Sequence record: ON529855.1
Length of the DNA: 64,000 nt
Direction: 5' to 3' (one strand)
Shown: positions 30,860-43,300 of the stretch, piece by piece
How positions within the stretch are numbered: the first letter of the stretch is position 1
How the letters are laid out: every line of letters begins with the position of its first letter
The notes under the pieces: model-generated
Told to the model about the DNA's origin: nothing
The model's database searches: none
The model's input: the letters and a program-made list of their open reading frames with translations, nothing else
Translations under genes and position numbers: made by a program

Positions 30860-31287
30860 GCGCGACGGCCGTCGCACGCCAGGCAGGCCATCAGCGCCAG
30901 GGTCAGGCCGGAGGCGGAGCCGGCGGCGTCCACATGGAAGTAATCATCCATGTGATCGTCCGTGATGTAACCGGGACCGGCGACCCAGGCCCGCACCTCG
31001 GTCGCGCCATCGTCTCCTGCGCCCGGCATGGTGCAGTAGCCATGCACCCACTGGGGCAGGATGGTCTCGATCAGCCGGACGATCGAATCCACGGAGGCGG
31101 TGTAGCGCGGGACCGGCGTGCGGTCCGAAGCCTGGGGGTAGAGCAACGCATGAAGGTCGCGATCAATGGCCCGATCGGCGCCCTTGACGAGGCGCTCGGA
31201 CAGGGACTGGAGATGGGCCTTGGCGTCCGGGTCCAGCAGGATCGCGGGTTTCTGGACGGCGCCCGAGGCGGGGTCGTAGGCTTCAGT
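30856..31287 (-). CDS. phage ABA-sandwich-like domain protein
   Basis: DRAIDRDL...VPRYTASVDS...LI. Confidence 0.5.
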   Translation of the reverse strand, partial: TEAYDPASGAVQKPAILLDPDAKAHLQSLSERLVKGADRAIDRDLHALLYPQASDRTPVPRYTASVDSIVRLIETILPQWVHGYCTMPGAGDDGATEVRAWVAGPGYITDDHMDDYFHVDAAGSASGLTLALMACLACDGRRA

Positions 31288-31717
31288 CAAGGGTCGTGCT
31301 CCCCGGTTTGATAAGGGCTTTGCCGCGTCGCATCAGGTCAACCAGTAACGGGCTGGGCGCGCCCAGGGCCATGAACATCCTCACGAGCAACAGCTTGTGC
31401 GCCTTGGGGATGGTGATGGATTCGTCCGGATTGATGACGCACAAGCGGGTGAGGGTTTTTGCGGCCTCTTCGCCGCCGGCGCGGTCCCGGTAGTGCAGGT
31501 CGAGGCGATCGACGAGCGTTTCTTCGGCCTCCGGCTCCCAGGGCTTTCCATCCTGGAGCGCCAACATGAGGGCGCGAATCTGACCGGCGACCACCGGCGC
31601 GTCGATCAGATTATCGCGTTCAGCGAACTCGTCGAGCATCCCCGCCGCCGCCGCCATGACGTCGGGAAGCGGGGTGCGGCCGATCTTGTGCGGGACCTTC
31701 CGGGTCAGGAACTCCAC
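31283..31717 (-). CDS. hypothetical protein
   Basis: Fits operon geometry. Confidence 0.65.
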   Translation of the reverse strand: MEFLTRKVPHKIGRTPLPDVMAAAAGMLDEFAERDNLIDAPVVAGQIRALMLALQDGKPWEPEAEETLVDRLDLHYRDRAGGEEAAKTLTRLCVINPDESITIPKAHKLLLVRMFMALGAPSPLLVDLMRRGKALIKPGSTTLD

Positions 31718-31719
31718 GC

Positions 31720-32007
31720 TTAGGCGCTCGTCTTGGCCTTGGTGCGGCTGGCCGGCGACAGGGCGTCAGGCCCTTCGAACTCCAGGCCCTTGTAGAAGTG
31801 CGAGACCGGTTTGCCCAGCAGGCTCGCCAGGGCGAACAGGTTGTCCACCGTGATGCGGCGGTTGCCCTTCTCGTAGTGGTGCATCGCCACTTCGGAGATG
31901 CCCATGCCGCGCGCCAGTTCGGCGCGGCTCAAACCGCGCTTCTCGCGGGTCTCGGCGACGACGGCGCCGACATGATCGGAAACGCGTTGGTCGGTAGGTC
32001 TGGGCAT
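31720..32007 (-). CDS. XRE-family HTH transcriptional regulator
   Basis: REKRGLSRAELARGMGISEVAMHHYEKGNRRITVDNLFALASLLG. Confidence 0.92.
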   Translation of the reverse strand: MPRPTDQRVSDHVGAVVAETREKRGLSRAELARGMGISEVAMHHYEKGNRRITVDNLFALASLLGKPVSHFYKGLEFEGPDALSPASRTKAKTSA

Positions 32008-32020
32008 GGAATGTCCTTTC

Positions 32021-34098
32021 TTAGAACGGATTGACGGCGGCCTCGAAGGCCGCGATGAACTGGTGATGTCGGTCCACAGGCTTGGCGGTCATCCGTGCGG
32101 CGAGCGCGTTCAACCCCTGGCGATTACGCACGAACCCCGTCAGCCAGTCCGGCACCTGGTAGGCGGTATGCCCGGTCTCCACGCACTGGATCGACAGGGT
32201 CTGATTCCGCTTGACCACGAAATAGGTGAACACCGCCGGATCATCCTTGGTGTAGGGTAGGGCCGGCTGGAACCACCGCAACAGGCGACGGGCTTGCTGC
32301 CGGGCGTAGACGCCGGCCTCGAAATCGCCCGACCGCCCCGAGCCGATCAGCGGAATCTTGTGACGTGAGCCGTCCGGCGCGATGATCCGCGCCATGTTGT
32401 GCTTCTTGGCGGGCTCGAAATCCACGCGGAATCCTTCGGGCTCCAGCACCGCACGGATGGCGTCAAGACCGGCTCGTTCATGGGATGTCATAGCGCCCTC
32501 CTTTCCCTCTGCGCTGTAAAGGAACGAGGGCGGGATGTCAAACTATTTGTTAAGCCTTCAAGGCGCTCTGCCAAGAATCTCGGCAGCCTTTGCCCATGCT
32601 CTTTGGGTCGGGGGCACGATCACAGGAAGGCGCATGTTATAGCGCGAGGCGCTGACCACGTTGGCGACCCACTCCAGTTGCTGGTCCCGCAGCCGGGCGA
32701 ACCAGTATTGCGCCACCAGACGCTCATCGTCGCCGCCGTCCTGCGCCCGACGCTTGGCGTCTTCGGTATCCTGGCGTGCGGACGCCAGCAGGCCTTTGAG
32801 ATCGTCAGCGTCGACCGTCTCGCGGGCCTCGCTGAACCCGCGCAAGGCTCCGGCGCGCTTGTAGGGGTCGGTATAGGCCAGGCCCACCTCGGCCTCGCCG
32901 TCGGCGCAGATTCGGCCTACGAACTCTCTATAGGACAGACCCATCAGGATTCCCCCTCCTCGGGCGACAGTTCATCCAGCGGGCCGAAGGACCAGTCCGG
33001 CCCCGGAACCGCGCAATGCAGGGCGACGTCGTGTTCAGGTCGCCACAAAGGAAGCAGTTGACTTTTGGCGAGGTGGAGCGTGCGGGCGTCCTCGGATTCC
33101 GCCTTCACGGCCCGCAGATAGAGCCACAGAAGGATTTGCAGCCCGCCGAACACGGCGCCGGCGAAAAATCCCGGCAAGCCCATGAGGTAGACCGACCCGG
33201 CGATGATGCTCGCGGCGCCCGACCATACGAGGGCGATTCGCCGCGCCTTGCGCGCCCACTGGCGCTCAATCCGCTCAGCCGCCGCCGCCCGCTCGGCGGC
33301 GGCTGCTTCGAAATGCGCCTTGACGAGTTCGGCGTGTTCTCGCCGAAGCCGGTTCAGGGTCTGCTTCTGCCGCAGATAGAGGTCCATGTTGCCGGGCTTG
33401 CGCAACCAGGCGACCAGGGCGTCGTCGCGCGCCTGGCGCACCGCCTGCTTAGCCTGCGCGAGTTCGCGTAGCGCCGCCATCTCTTCCTCGGTCTCGTGGA
33501 TCGTCGAGGCGGCGGAACCACCGGATGAACGGTGCGACGCACTGGAACCGCTGTCCATGAACGCCAGGGGCAGCAGTCCTGGGTTGGCGACGCCCAAGGC
33601 GAGAAAAGCGGCGTTCATGGGAGGCTCCTTTGGTTCAGCGACGGTCCCGCCGTAAAGGAATGATGCGCGGTTGTCAACAACGGCGTCACTCGTGCGCTAC
33701 GCGCCCTCGTGACCGGCTGCCGCCGGCCCACCTTCGGTCGGCTCTTTCACTGGAACATCCACGGCTCCGCGTCGGTCGCGTTGCCGCCAGGTCTCGCGCA
33801 TCCAGATCAACCACCGATCATGAAGAAGGTCCGCCAGCATGTCCAGTTTGGCCGCCAGCACGGGATGATCCTTACTCACCCTCGCCTGGGTCGCCCTGAC
33901 GACTCTGAACCACTCGTGGAGGTCTTGTTCTGACACGTCGTCGCGGCGGATCACCTTCATGGTCAATCCGCGAAACGTCTGCGCCAGGCGATCGACCTTA
34001 TCGGGGTGTTCGTCCAGGAAGGCGCGCAGGATCGGCCGCGCCTCGGCGGGCGTGCAGGTCCAGCACTGGATGCGGTGGAGACCGGGGTAGACGATCAT
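32021..34098 (-). CDS. four hypothetical genes, one coiled-coil plus 2 TM
   Basis: 32021-32491, 32558-32944, 32944-33618 (TM), 33697-34098. Confidence 0.7.
33686..33728. repeat. 43-nt dispersed repeat, copy 2
   Basis: 40/43 identical to 22386-22428; lies 8 nt from the class I promoter at 33652-33677. Confidence 0.85.
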
Positions 34099-34352
34099 CG
34101 GCCCGCCTTGCGCGCCTGTTCGTCGGCGCAGTGTGGGTCGCCGTAGCCCCCATGCATGGGAGAGGTGCAGCCCGCCATGCAGGCCCAGTTGCAGGGGTGT
34201 TCTTCCGCCGCGATCGGCTCCGCCAGGGCGGCGCGCACCGCCTCGACCATGACGTCGTTCTGGGTCCGGTTGTTGCGGAAGGCATGGACGCGCAGCTTCT
34301 CGGCCAGTCCGGGAGGAAGGTAGAAGGTGCGGCCGACAGGACGATCGCTCAC
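34095..34352 (-). CDS. ribbon-helix-helix DNA-binding protein
   Basis: RTFYLPPGLAEKLRVHAFRNNRTQNDVMVEAVRAAL. Confidence 0.8.
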   Translation of the reverse strand: MSDRPVGRTFYLPPGLAEKLRVHAFRNNRTQNDVMVEAVRAALAEPIAAEEHPCNWACMAGCTSPMHGGYGDPHCADEQARKAGR

Positions 34353-37300
34353 CAGCCGTCTCCGTCATCGCCGGGCAGACTGCTCAGATAGCGCTGCCGT
34401 TCTTCCTCGGCGATTTCGCGCTGAAGCGCCGCTTCACGCTCCTGCTCCTCGCGCGCCCACTTGGCTTCCAGGTGCTCCTGATAGATCGCGTTGGCGCCGG
34501 TGCCCCAGTAGTCGCATTCCAGGCCGCAAGAGCGGCACTTCTCCCGCGACACCGTTTCCACGTAGTCGGTGGAATTGCACTTCGGGCAGCGCTTCTGCCG
34601 GCTGGTCGCCAGGAGCGGGACGCCGGTGTCGACGTGGCCGTTGCTGTAGCGAGGGTAGGTCAAGAGACCGACACCCGACAGCCTGCGGCGCGAACCTCGG
34701 CGGCGAACTCGCCCAGTGAGACGCGCCCGTCCGTCATCGCCAGATTGGACCGGAGCCCGGCGTTGTTCGTCAGGTCGATGCGCGCGGACTGCGGCGGGTT
34801 CAGCCGCAGGCGGCGGTCCGTCGGGTCCTCGTAGGCTTCACCCTCTTCATAAGGGTCGAAGTTCAGAGCCTCGGGCCGCACGCCCGTGACGTCTTCCTCG
34901 ACCACGTAGGTGATGGTGAACTCCAGGTCATGGCGCGCCGTGTCCGCTGTGGGTTCGGCGCCGTCCACGTCTTCATCCTGGATCGCGCGACCCACCACCG
35001 GCAACCGGTGGGCGTCAACGTACTGCCGCAGGGCCAAACGCGCCAGTTCATTGGCCTCGTCGTCGCTCAGCAGGTCGGCCTCGTCTTCTCCGTCCTCGGG
35101 GGCTTCGATGTAGTCCGAGTAATAGGTCAGGCTGAACACCTGCACCCGTGTGGGGAAGGCGGTGGCCCGGCCGTCGCGCGAGTTCGTGCGCCGGCCGGAG
35201 CCCAGGGACACCTCCATCGAGGGCGCGTCGAGGATATAGCGGCTGGCGAGGAAGGCTTCAGGGGTTGTCGGGGGCGTCGTCATGCTTGATCTCCTCGCCG
35301 TCGATAAACAGGATGCCGGCGCCGTCGTTGGCGTCCAGCGCGGCGAGGTAGGTGCGCCACCCCGCGTCCGTAATGGGCAAATTCCCCGGCGGATCGCCCA
35401 GGATGAAGTGGGTCGTCGCAGCCGCGTAGGCTTCGAGGTCCTGCGCCATCTGCTCGGCGACCGCCTCGGGCACGACGCCGTCAGGGAACAGCGGCGGCGT
35501 CGTTTCGTCCGTCCAGAGCGGGGACGACCAGGTGGACAGGGTCATGCCCATGCGGGCGGGCCACTCCTGAGGGAAGAGGCGGGTGAACCATTCCTTGACC
35601 TTCTCGCGCTGCTCGGGCGTGTCCGGACCGCCGACGTCGTCAATGATCTGCAACGGGGACTTGGGGTCCTCGCCGCGCCAGTGCGTCAGGAGGTCCTCCA
35701 TCGCCTGCCGCTGGTGCGGGTAGAGGCCGTCAGTCTCGATGTCCATGAGGACGGTCGGCGGCGCCGCCAGCCCCGCGCGGGCGCGACTGACATGACGACC
35801 GGTGCCGGAACAGACGCGGCAGCGCTTATAGTAGGGCGGCATGGTCATGTAGACGTCAGGACCGCCGCGCTTCAGTTGCGCCAGGTATTCATCTTCCCCG
35901 TCGACACGGCCGGTCCCCTCGCAGGTCCGGCAACGCAGCGGCTCCAGTTCGAAAGAGGTGGCGTAGGCGATGGTCACGCGGGAACCTCGGTGAAGACGTC
36001 TTCGGTCAGGTGGTAGGAGCGGCGCGAGACGATTCGCAGGGCCTCGTCGCCCCGACGGAAATCGCCGCACCGGGCTTTCGCCAAGGCGAGGGAATGGAAT
36101 TCCACCACGTCGCCGAGGCTCAGGCCGATGTCCCGCCACTCGTCGCCGACCTTGCGCTGCACGAAATGGGTTTCGTCCCACTGGCTTCGGCCCTGGGGGC
36201 GGACGACGGGCAGCGTCGGGTTCTGGATATGGGCGACGAGCGCCTTCAACGCCCGGTCCAGGTCGGGCGCGGAATCCAGGTCGCCATCATCATCCGGCGG
36301 CGGCAGCGTGTCCCAGCTAAAGGCGGCCGTGCCGCGCATGAGGGTGGAGAGGTCCAGCGTTTCCAGGACCTTCAGCGCCAGGCTGGCGTGTTCCAAGTAG
36401 GCGGTCCAGGCCGGTCCGCCCATGTCCACCTTCCGTTTCGGATTGTAGTCGAACCAGTGTTCGTCCTCATGATGCCCCTCGGCCAGGCAGATGGCGCGCG
36501 CCATCTTCTCCAGCGCCGGATGGATCGTCGTGATGTCGACCAGGGGCTCGCGCGGGACGGCGCAGGGCGGCGGCGCGTCAGCGGCCATGGAGCGCTTCCT
36601 TATGTTGATCGAGAAAGGCTTGGGCGGAGGCCCCGGCGGCGGATTGCTGCGCCCCTTGGCCGCCGCCCTGGGCGATCGCCGTCAGTACGCCGAGGGCGCG
36701 ATCCAGCAAGGTCGCTTCATGATAGGCGCGGTAAGCCATCTGCAAGGTTTGGGTCAGCAGGGTGCTTTCGCTGCGCTCCCACCCCCGGTGCTGATCCAGC
36801 AGGGTGAGGAGGCCCGCCTTGTCGTACTGGATGAGGTCCAGCAGGGCGTCGGGCGTCATCCAACCTTCGCGGTCGATGCGCACAAAGGCCGCATGGGTGT
36901 CTCTCGCGGTGATGCTGACGTTGGTCCCGCCGACATGGTTGGTGCGGAGGGTCAGGGCGTTGGTGTCGCGGATCACGAAGCCGAGGCTGGTCGAGCCGTC
37001 GGCGGCGAAGGCTCGAACGGTGACGTCGGACCCTTCATCCTGCTCGATTTCCGGCTCCAGATAAAGGACGAGGTCGCCGCCGGCGCAGGCCGGGCAAGGC
37101 TTCATCACCGGACCGTGGTCGGTCGGGACCTTGATCTCGCGATGGTCGCCGCAGAGACGGCAGCGGACGTCAGCACCCATGACGGCTCTCCTGGATGATC
37201 AGGGCCATGTGCTCCGCCTGGGCCTGTCGCAGGCGTTCGGCCGCCTCGGTCATGCGACTGGGCTGGGCCACCACCATGGCGTCGATCGCCGCCGAGACCC

Positions 37301-39462
37301 GATCCCAGGACGCGATCACAACGTCGGGCACGCGGCGGTAGGATCGAGGCGGGACTCCGCCCATGCCGTCGCCGCCGGTCATTCCACCAGCTTCCGGTCG
37401 ATCCAGTAGACGTCGTCGTCGCGCGACGACGTCGCCTTGATGACGTAGCCGATCAGGTCTCCGTTGTGGCGCCAGTCGACGCGCGGCGGCAGGCCCGGCA
37501 CGGGATTCTCGAAGGCGAGCCCGCCATGGCGCATCTCGTAGCGGCGCACGGCGTCATAGAAGGCGCGCTTGCCGATGCGGCGGTAGTCGGAACGGATCAT
37601 GGTCTGGGTCACGAGCGCGTCGCCTGCTCGACCATGACGTCCATGGTGCAGTCGTCGCACAGCGTCTCGCCGTCGACGACGTTCTCGTTGCCCAGGGTTC
37701 CGCCGCGCACGCCGTGACAGCGTTTGCAGTTGTCAGGCCCCGGCGCCACGGACAGGCGGCTCGCCAGGCCGCCGGCGTTCTCCAGGTCGGTGTGGATCGT
37801 GTCGAACAGGGCGCGCTCGCCGTCCTGGAGGTGCAGGGCGTCCTCCACCTGGTAGAGGTCATCACGCGCGCCCTGGATCAGGGTCGCGGCCTCGGCCGCC
37901 ATGGCGGCGTGCTTCTCCAGCGGCTCCAGGGTTCGGGCGATCCGCATCGACATGATCAGGTCCGACTGGGCCTTGTCCCGCAGGTCGGCCGGCACGCGGT
38001 CTTCCTGAAGGGCGTTTTCCAGATCAACCGCCCATTGGCGGTGATGGGTGACGATCTCGGCCAGGGTCAGCGGCGGGACCTTGTCCTCGGCGCGCCCCGG
38101 CAGATAGCCCAGTTGGGTCTGGATGCCGTCCGGATAGCCCAACGCCTTGTCGCGGGCCGACATGCGCTCCGCCGGCTGCGGGTTCTTGGGATCATGCAGC
38201 GGACGCGCGACGGCGTCCTCCAGCTTGCGGAAGACGTCGACGAAGTCGCGCGTCTCCGACCACAGCAGAATCTGACCCACGGAGACGGGCAGGCCGTCGA
38301 TGTATTGCACCTCGTGGAGGCCGTATTCCGGGCCGTCCTCGGTCCGGTATTCCACCACCCGGAAGCCCCAGGTGCGGACCGATTCCACTTCATCAGCCAT
38401 GCAGATACATCTCCTTGTCGTCGTAGCGGCTCCAATGGAGCCCGGCGTAGACCGCCAGCGCGAGAGGGATCGCCACCACCAGAAGAACCAGCGCCGCCGG
38501 GATCATCCACAGCAGGTTGAGGGCTTCGAGATCGGTCACGGTCGTCTCCCTTATCATTTTGTTACGAGCACGCTAGTCTGTGCCGTCAATCCTGACAAGA
38601 GGCGCCAGCGATTTTTAAGTCCAGCCGATCGCCTTGCTGAGTTCGGGCGTCCAGTCGCCCAGGGCGCGGAACCGTGCCTGGATGCGTTCCAGGATGGCGA
38701 TCTCGGCGTCGAGGACCTCATGAAAGTCGTCGCGGCCCAGGGCATGGTTGGCGGGGGACGGCAGATGCCGCAGCCAGCGGCCCAACTGCATCTTGTCAGC
38801 GGTCTCGACCTGTTCGGGCGTCGGATAGAGGTTCATGCGCACGCGCGCCATTCCGCGTGCTCGCGCAGGATCGCCGCCACTTCCCGCTCCTGCGGCGTTT
38901 CCACATAGAGGGCGTCATGGCGCCGGCGCTCGACCCAGGATGCGGGCGGCCGGTAGGCCGCCAGCGCCTTGATGAAGAAGGGTGCGATCTCGTCCCACTC
39001 CATATAACCGTCCAGCGGATGGACGCTGGTGCGGCGATGCTCGGCGTGGGGATGCTTGTTGACGCCGGCGTCGATCGCGCCGTCCCGACTATGCGGGTGC
39101 AGGCCGATGCGAACGCGGGCGCCGCGATACCGGGCGTAGAAGACCGTGCCGTCGGACAGTCGCCCTTCCCACTGACTGGGGCAGACCCGACAGGTCTGGA
39201 CGACCTCGGCGAACACGTCGGGGTCCAGGCGGAAGTCGCGCACGTCGAAGCGCGTCCAACTGAAGCCGAGGTGCTTGTGGATCGCCCGGCTGCGGCGGCC
39301 GGGCCGGACCTGGGCGGTCATCGAATGGAATTGGGCGAAAACCGAGCGCGCCAACAGGGCGGCGGGCGCATGGCGCCAGGCCCGAGAAGGTTCGTTTCGA
39401 ATCAGCGCGCGCTGCCCGCGCAGGTGCGGGATCGGGCCGACATAGGTGGCGACAACGATCAT
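34349..39462 (-). CDS. eleven hypothetical genes, several with Cys-rich zinc motifs
   Basis: 34349-34663, 34660-35283, 35258-35977 (CxxCxGxG twice), 35974-36588, 36578-37180, 37170-37382, 37379-37612, 37609-38400, 38393-38539 (48-aa TM), 38615-38851, 38833-39462. Confidence 0.7.
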
Positions 39463-39959
39463 GGCTTGGCTTTCAAATGACGCTCGACGCTCGGCGGCAC
39501 GAGCCAGGACATATCCTCGCCGATGCGCGCGAGTTCACGGGCCATGCTGGAGGAGACGTGCAGGTAGTCCGACTGGCAGATCAGATAGACCATCGGCAGG
39601 TCGGGGGCGATTCGTTCCATGACGCCGTGAATACCGAACTCGTCGTTGAAATCGCTGGCCTGACGGAAGGCGCGCACGAGGTGGGTCGCTTCCACGGACC
39701 GGGCGGCGGCCGCCAGGCTGCCTTCGAAGGCGAGCGTAAAGATGCGCGACGCGTCCTCGGGGAACTGCGCCTGGCATGCCTCGTAGGCCATAAAGGACCG
39801 TTCTTTGGGATCGAACAGCCCCTGTTTGGCGGCGTTGCTGCCCACCGCCACATACAGAACGTCAAAGACGGTCAGGGCCTGCCGGATCACGTCGAGGTGC
39901 CCCCGCGTGATCGGATCAAACGACCCTGCGTAAAAGCCGATTTTCGGCCCTTCACTCAC
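39459..39959 (-). CDS. coaD: phosphopantetheine adenylyltransferase (CoaD/PPAT)
   Basis: YAGSFDPITRGHLDVI (HxGH), VAVGSN..K..LF, VR.FR..SDF..E, HVSSSMARELA. Confidence 0.93.
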   Translation of the reverse strand: MSEGPKIGFYAGSFDPITRGHLDVIRQALTVFDVLYVAVGSNAAKQGLFDPKERSFMAYEACQAQFPEDASRIFTLAFEGSLAAAARSVEATHLVRAFRQASDFNDEFGIHGVMERIAPDLPMVYLICQSDYLHVSSSMARELARIGEDMSWLVPPSVERHLKAKP

Positions 39960-40381
39960 GGATGCAGGTCCAACGGCGCCACGGCGCGTTCGATGGCGAT
40001 CTTCGGGCCGAAGATGTAGGCGCAGGTGTCCAGCGGGAACAGATGCACCACCGAGCCGTCCAGCAGCGGGTAGGACGGATCGTTGACCACGGCGCAGGGG
40101 AAGCCCAGGCGGGTGGCGATCGCCAGCGCCTCGTTCATCTGCCGGTTGTCGCAGCCCAACGTCAGCACGGTGCCGAAACCGCGCGACTCGGCCCAGTCCC
40201 GAAGCCAGTTCTGTTGCGTGACCGTCCAGGTCTGGCGATCCTTAAGCGCCATCTGGGTGCCGGCGTGGTGCGACTGGGCATGACCCTTGCCCGCGTTCAT
40301 CGACGCCATGTCGGTGCGCATCAGCAGGTAGACGCACAGCAGTTCCTCGGCGCTCTCGGCCGGGGTTGGCAAATCAGTCAA
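39956..40381 (-). CDS. peptidyl-tRNA hydrolase type 2 (PTH2)-like
   Basis: YLLMRTDM.SMNAGKGHAQSHHA...W...G...VL...V.DP...T.....GP. Confidence 0.75.
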   Translation of the reverse strand: MTDLPTPAESAEELLCVYLLMRTDMASMNAGKGHAQSHHAGTQMALKDRQTWTVTQQNWLRDWAESRGFGTVLTLGCDNRQMNEALAIATRLGFPCAVVNDPSYPLLDGSVVHLFPLDTCAYIFGPKIAIERAVAPLDLHP

Positions 40382-43300
40382 GCTTCATGTCCTTGCAGGG
40401 CGGGGAAGGCGTCGATCAACGCGTTCGCCAGTCGGGTCTTCGATCCTCCGAGAGGACCAGGGTAGAAGTGGTGGTAGACGACCTGTTCCACGGTCTCGAC
40501 CAGAGCCGGTCCCGCGTTGGCCGGGGGACGCATCAGGGCGGTGATGACCGCCTCACGGTTCTCCAGCACAAAGAGCGCCAGAACTTCGCGGGCGGAGGGG
40601 TCTTCAGAAACCGACGCCGTGTCGCACGCCGACATCAACGCCCGCAACTTTTCGACCCGTTTCAGGTCAATCGGCATCGGGATGCTCCTGGGCGCCCGGC
40701 GTCTTCGGCAACAGCAGCCACAGGGTCGGCTCCGGGCCGTCCCAGGGAATCAGTTGATCGGTATCGGCGCGATACCATGACCACTCGTATTCATGGCCGG
40801 GATGATGGTCGACGGAGCCGACCGCCGCCCGCCACTCCTCCGGCGTGCCCCAGCGCGTGACCATGCCGGACAACGGCGTCGCCCAGTCGGGTCCGCAGAA
40901 CAGCACATCCGCCTGCTGAGCCACGGGGCAGGGCGCGCCGTCAATCAACCGGTTCCAGGTCGTGGCGCCGCCGTAGAGGCGGTCGCGGGCGTCCTGCACG
41001 AACTCCGAACACTGACGCCCCGAGAAGGGCGCGGCCGGGTGCTCGCGCAGATGCGCCGCGATCGTCGTCATCGCGTCGTAGTCGTGCTGGTTCTGATCAA
41101 ACCGCCCCGCCAAGTCTCGGGCGATGGCGACCTGATCCACCGCAGGCGAGAGCCTTACGTTGACCATGGGCGTGTCGAGGTTCATGCGGTCCTGAATGCT
41201 CATGCGCACACGCACTGGCCCAGCAGCAGGCGCGCGCGCTGGGCGCGTTCGGCGGCACTCGGAATCGCCTGGCGCTTGCCGTGCTCCTGGCGGCGGCGCG
41301 GCGGGAGGACGGGGCTGTGGACAAAGGCTTCAAAAGCCTCGTCGCGGCCGGGGATGGTGTAGGTCGTCGAGTGCAATAGGTCCTCCTCAAATCGTCGGAG
41401 AGGGCGTAAAGGAACGATCAGCGACTGTCAACCATCCTGACTCACTTTCGGACGCCGTCGCGCCTCTTTCTCAGCCCGCCGCCATTCACTGATGTCACGG
41501 GCGATCTCGATGGTGTTCTCGGCGCAAACCTTCTGGCCCACGACCTTGACCAGGGCCTCGACCTCGTGGCGCTTGAGGTCCAGAGCGCACTTCATCGCCC
41601 GCACGAATCGCTCGAATTCCATACTGGACCGCTCACTCGCCACATAGAGGCGGATGATGATCTCGATCTCCTCGGCGCTGGCGGTCGGCTTCAGGCGGGC
41701 GACGCAATCGAGTCGGTAACACTCTTCGATGTAGCGCCCAAGCAGGGACAGGTTGAAGCGCCCGTCCAGGCCGATGTCGTGGTCGTCTTCCTCCCAGACG
41801 TGCGGCGCGCGCGACGGCAGGATCGCGTCGCGGTAAAGGGCGAACGCGCGGCGCAGGACTTCGGGCGTGATATGGGTCGGGTCAAGCAGGTTCAACGACG
41901 CGCCTCCAGAAGCCGCAGCGCTTCTTCGAGCGCCTGCGAGCGTTTGACAAAAACCTTGTCGCTGATTTCTCCCGCGAGGTAGGCGTCGTGAGCCTGGCGC
42001 AGGCGCGTCAGGAGGAGACGACGGACGCGGTCGACGTTCGCCTGACGATACCACCGCCAGCCGAACCACGCCCCGACCACCAGGAGGATCAACAGTTCAG
42101 CCATGTTCTCCTCCTGTTCTACGTCAAAAACGGTCGTCTAGTTTGTGAAGCCCTCTGATTCGGCCCTACGGTCATTGTAGGCCTGCATCCAGGGATTCGC
42201 CGCGTAACGCCAGGTCCATGGAGTTTCGCCTGGCTTCGCCCCGTTGAAGGCGCACAACCATTTATAGGCGCGCGCTGACAACGGGTAGTTGTAAGCTTCA
42301 CCGGTCCGCCCGCCAAGCCTAAAACTGGCGTGAATCTGTTCCGGCGTCAGATTTGCGGGCTCGTCACGACCCACCTTGATCTTGATCTCCGGAGCATGAA
42401 CGTCCGATGACTCCGGCGGCTCCACGCTCCACCCGGCTTTTCGCAGCAGCTTGATGGCCGCCTTGAGGTCTGCATCCATGTCGCCCGCCTCAATTCGGTT
42501 CAATATGAGTAGCCATCATCGACCTCGGTCAGGGGATGGGACTCCTCCAGCATCTCCAGAGCGCGTGCGCGCCAACGCGCCCGCTCCTGCCGCTCCAGTT
42601 CCGCCCACGGGGCGTAAGAGGCGGTGGCGACAACGGCGGCGCGAACCTGATTATCCTGGGTCGACAGCCCGCCGCTGTACCAGGACGCCCTGCCCTTGTC
42701 GAAAGACCGGCAATCGCTCTCGTAAAGGGCGATCGCCACCATTTCGATGTCTGCCCGTGTCGGCGCCTCGGTCATTGGACGACGTCCGGCGCCGGGACGA
42801 TAGGCTGGGTCACGGCCGCATACTGGTTCATGAAGGCCGACACCAGGGAGGCGTCCTCCAGGGTGGCGTGGAAGGTGTAGACGCCCAGTCGCCAACGATC
42901 CTTGTCCGCCTTGATCTCAGCGGTCACGACGCCGTCGCCGGCCTCGGGCACGCCGGTGCGCACCCACGTCAACACGTCTTCCTTGATCCGGTCCCCCAGC
43001 CAGCGCGCCTCGCCTTCGGTGACGATGTCCTCAATCACCATGATCGCCAGGATGTGATCGTTCGGCCCCTTCATGACGCCGACCTTGATAGACTGGTCGG
43101 CGACGGTGAAGTGTTCCGCGTCGTCGAGGTGCTTGGTCAGATCATGTGTCAGCATTGCGGGTGCTCCCCGCCAGGCGGGCGAACCAGCCGGGCTTCTTGA
43201 CGTCGGGCGCCGGCGCTGCGGCGGGTTGAGGATGGTCGGGCGCCCCGAAGGCGCGGGGGCTGAGCCCGCCGACCGTGACCGGCTTCACCGTAGGTTTGTG

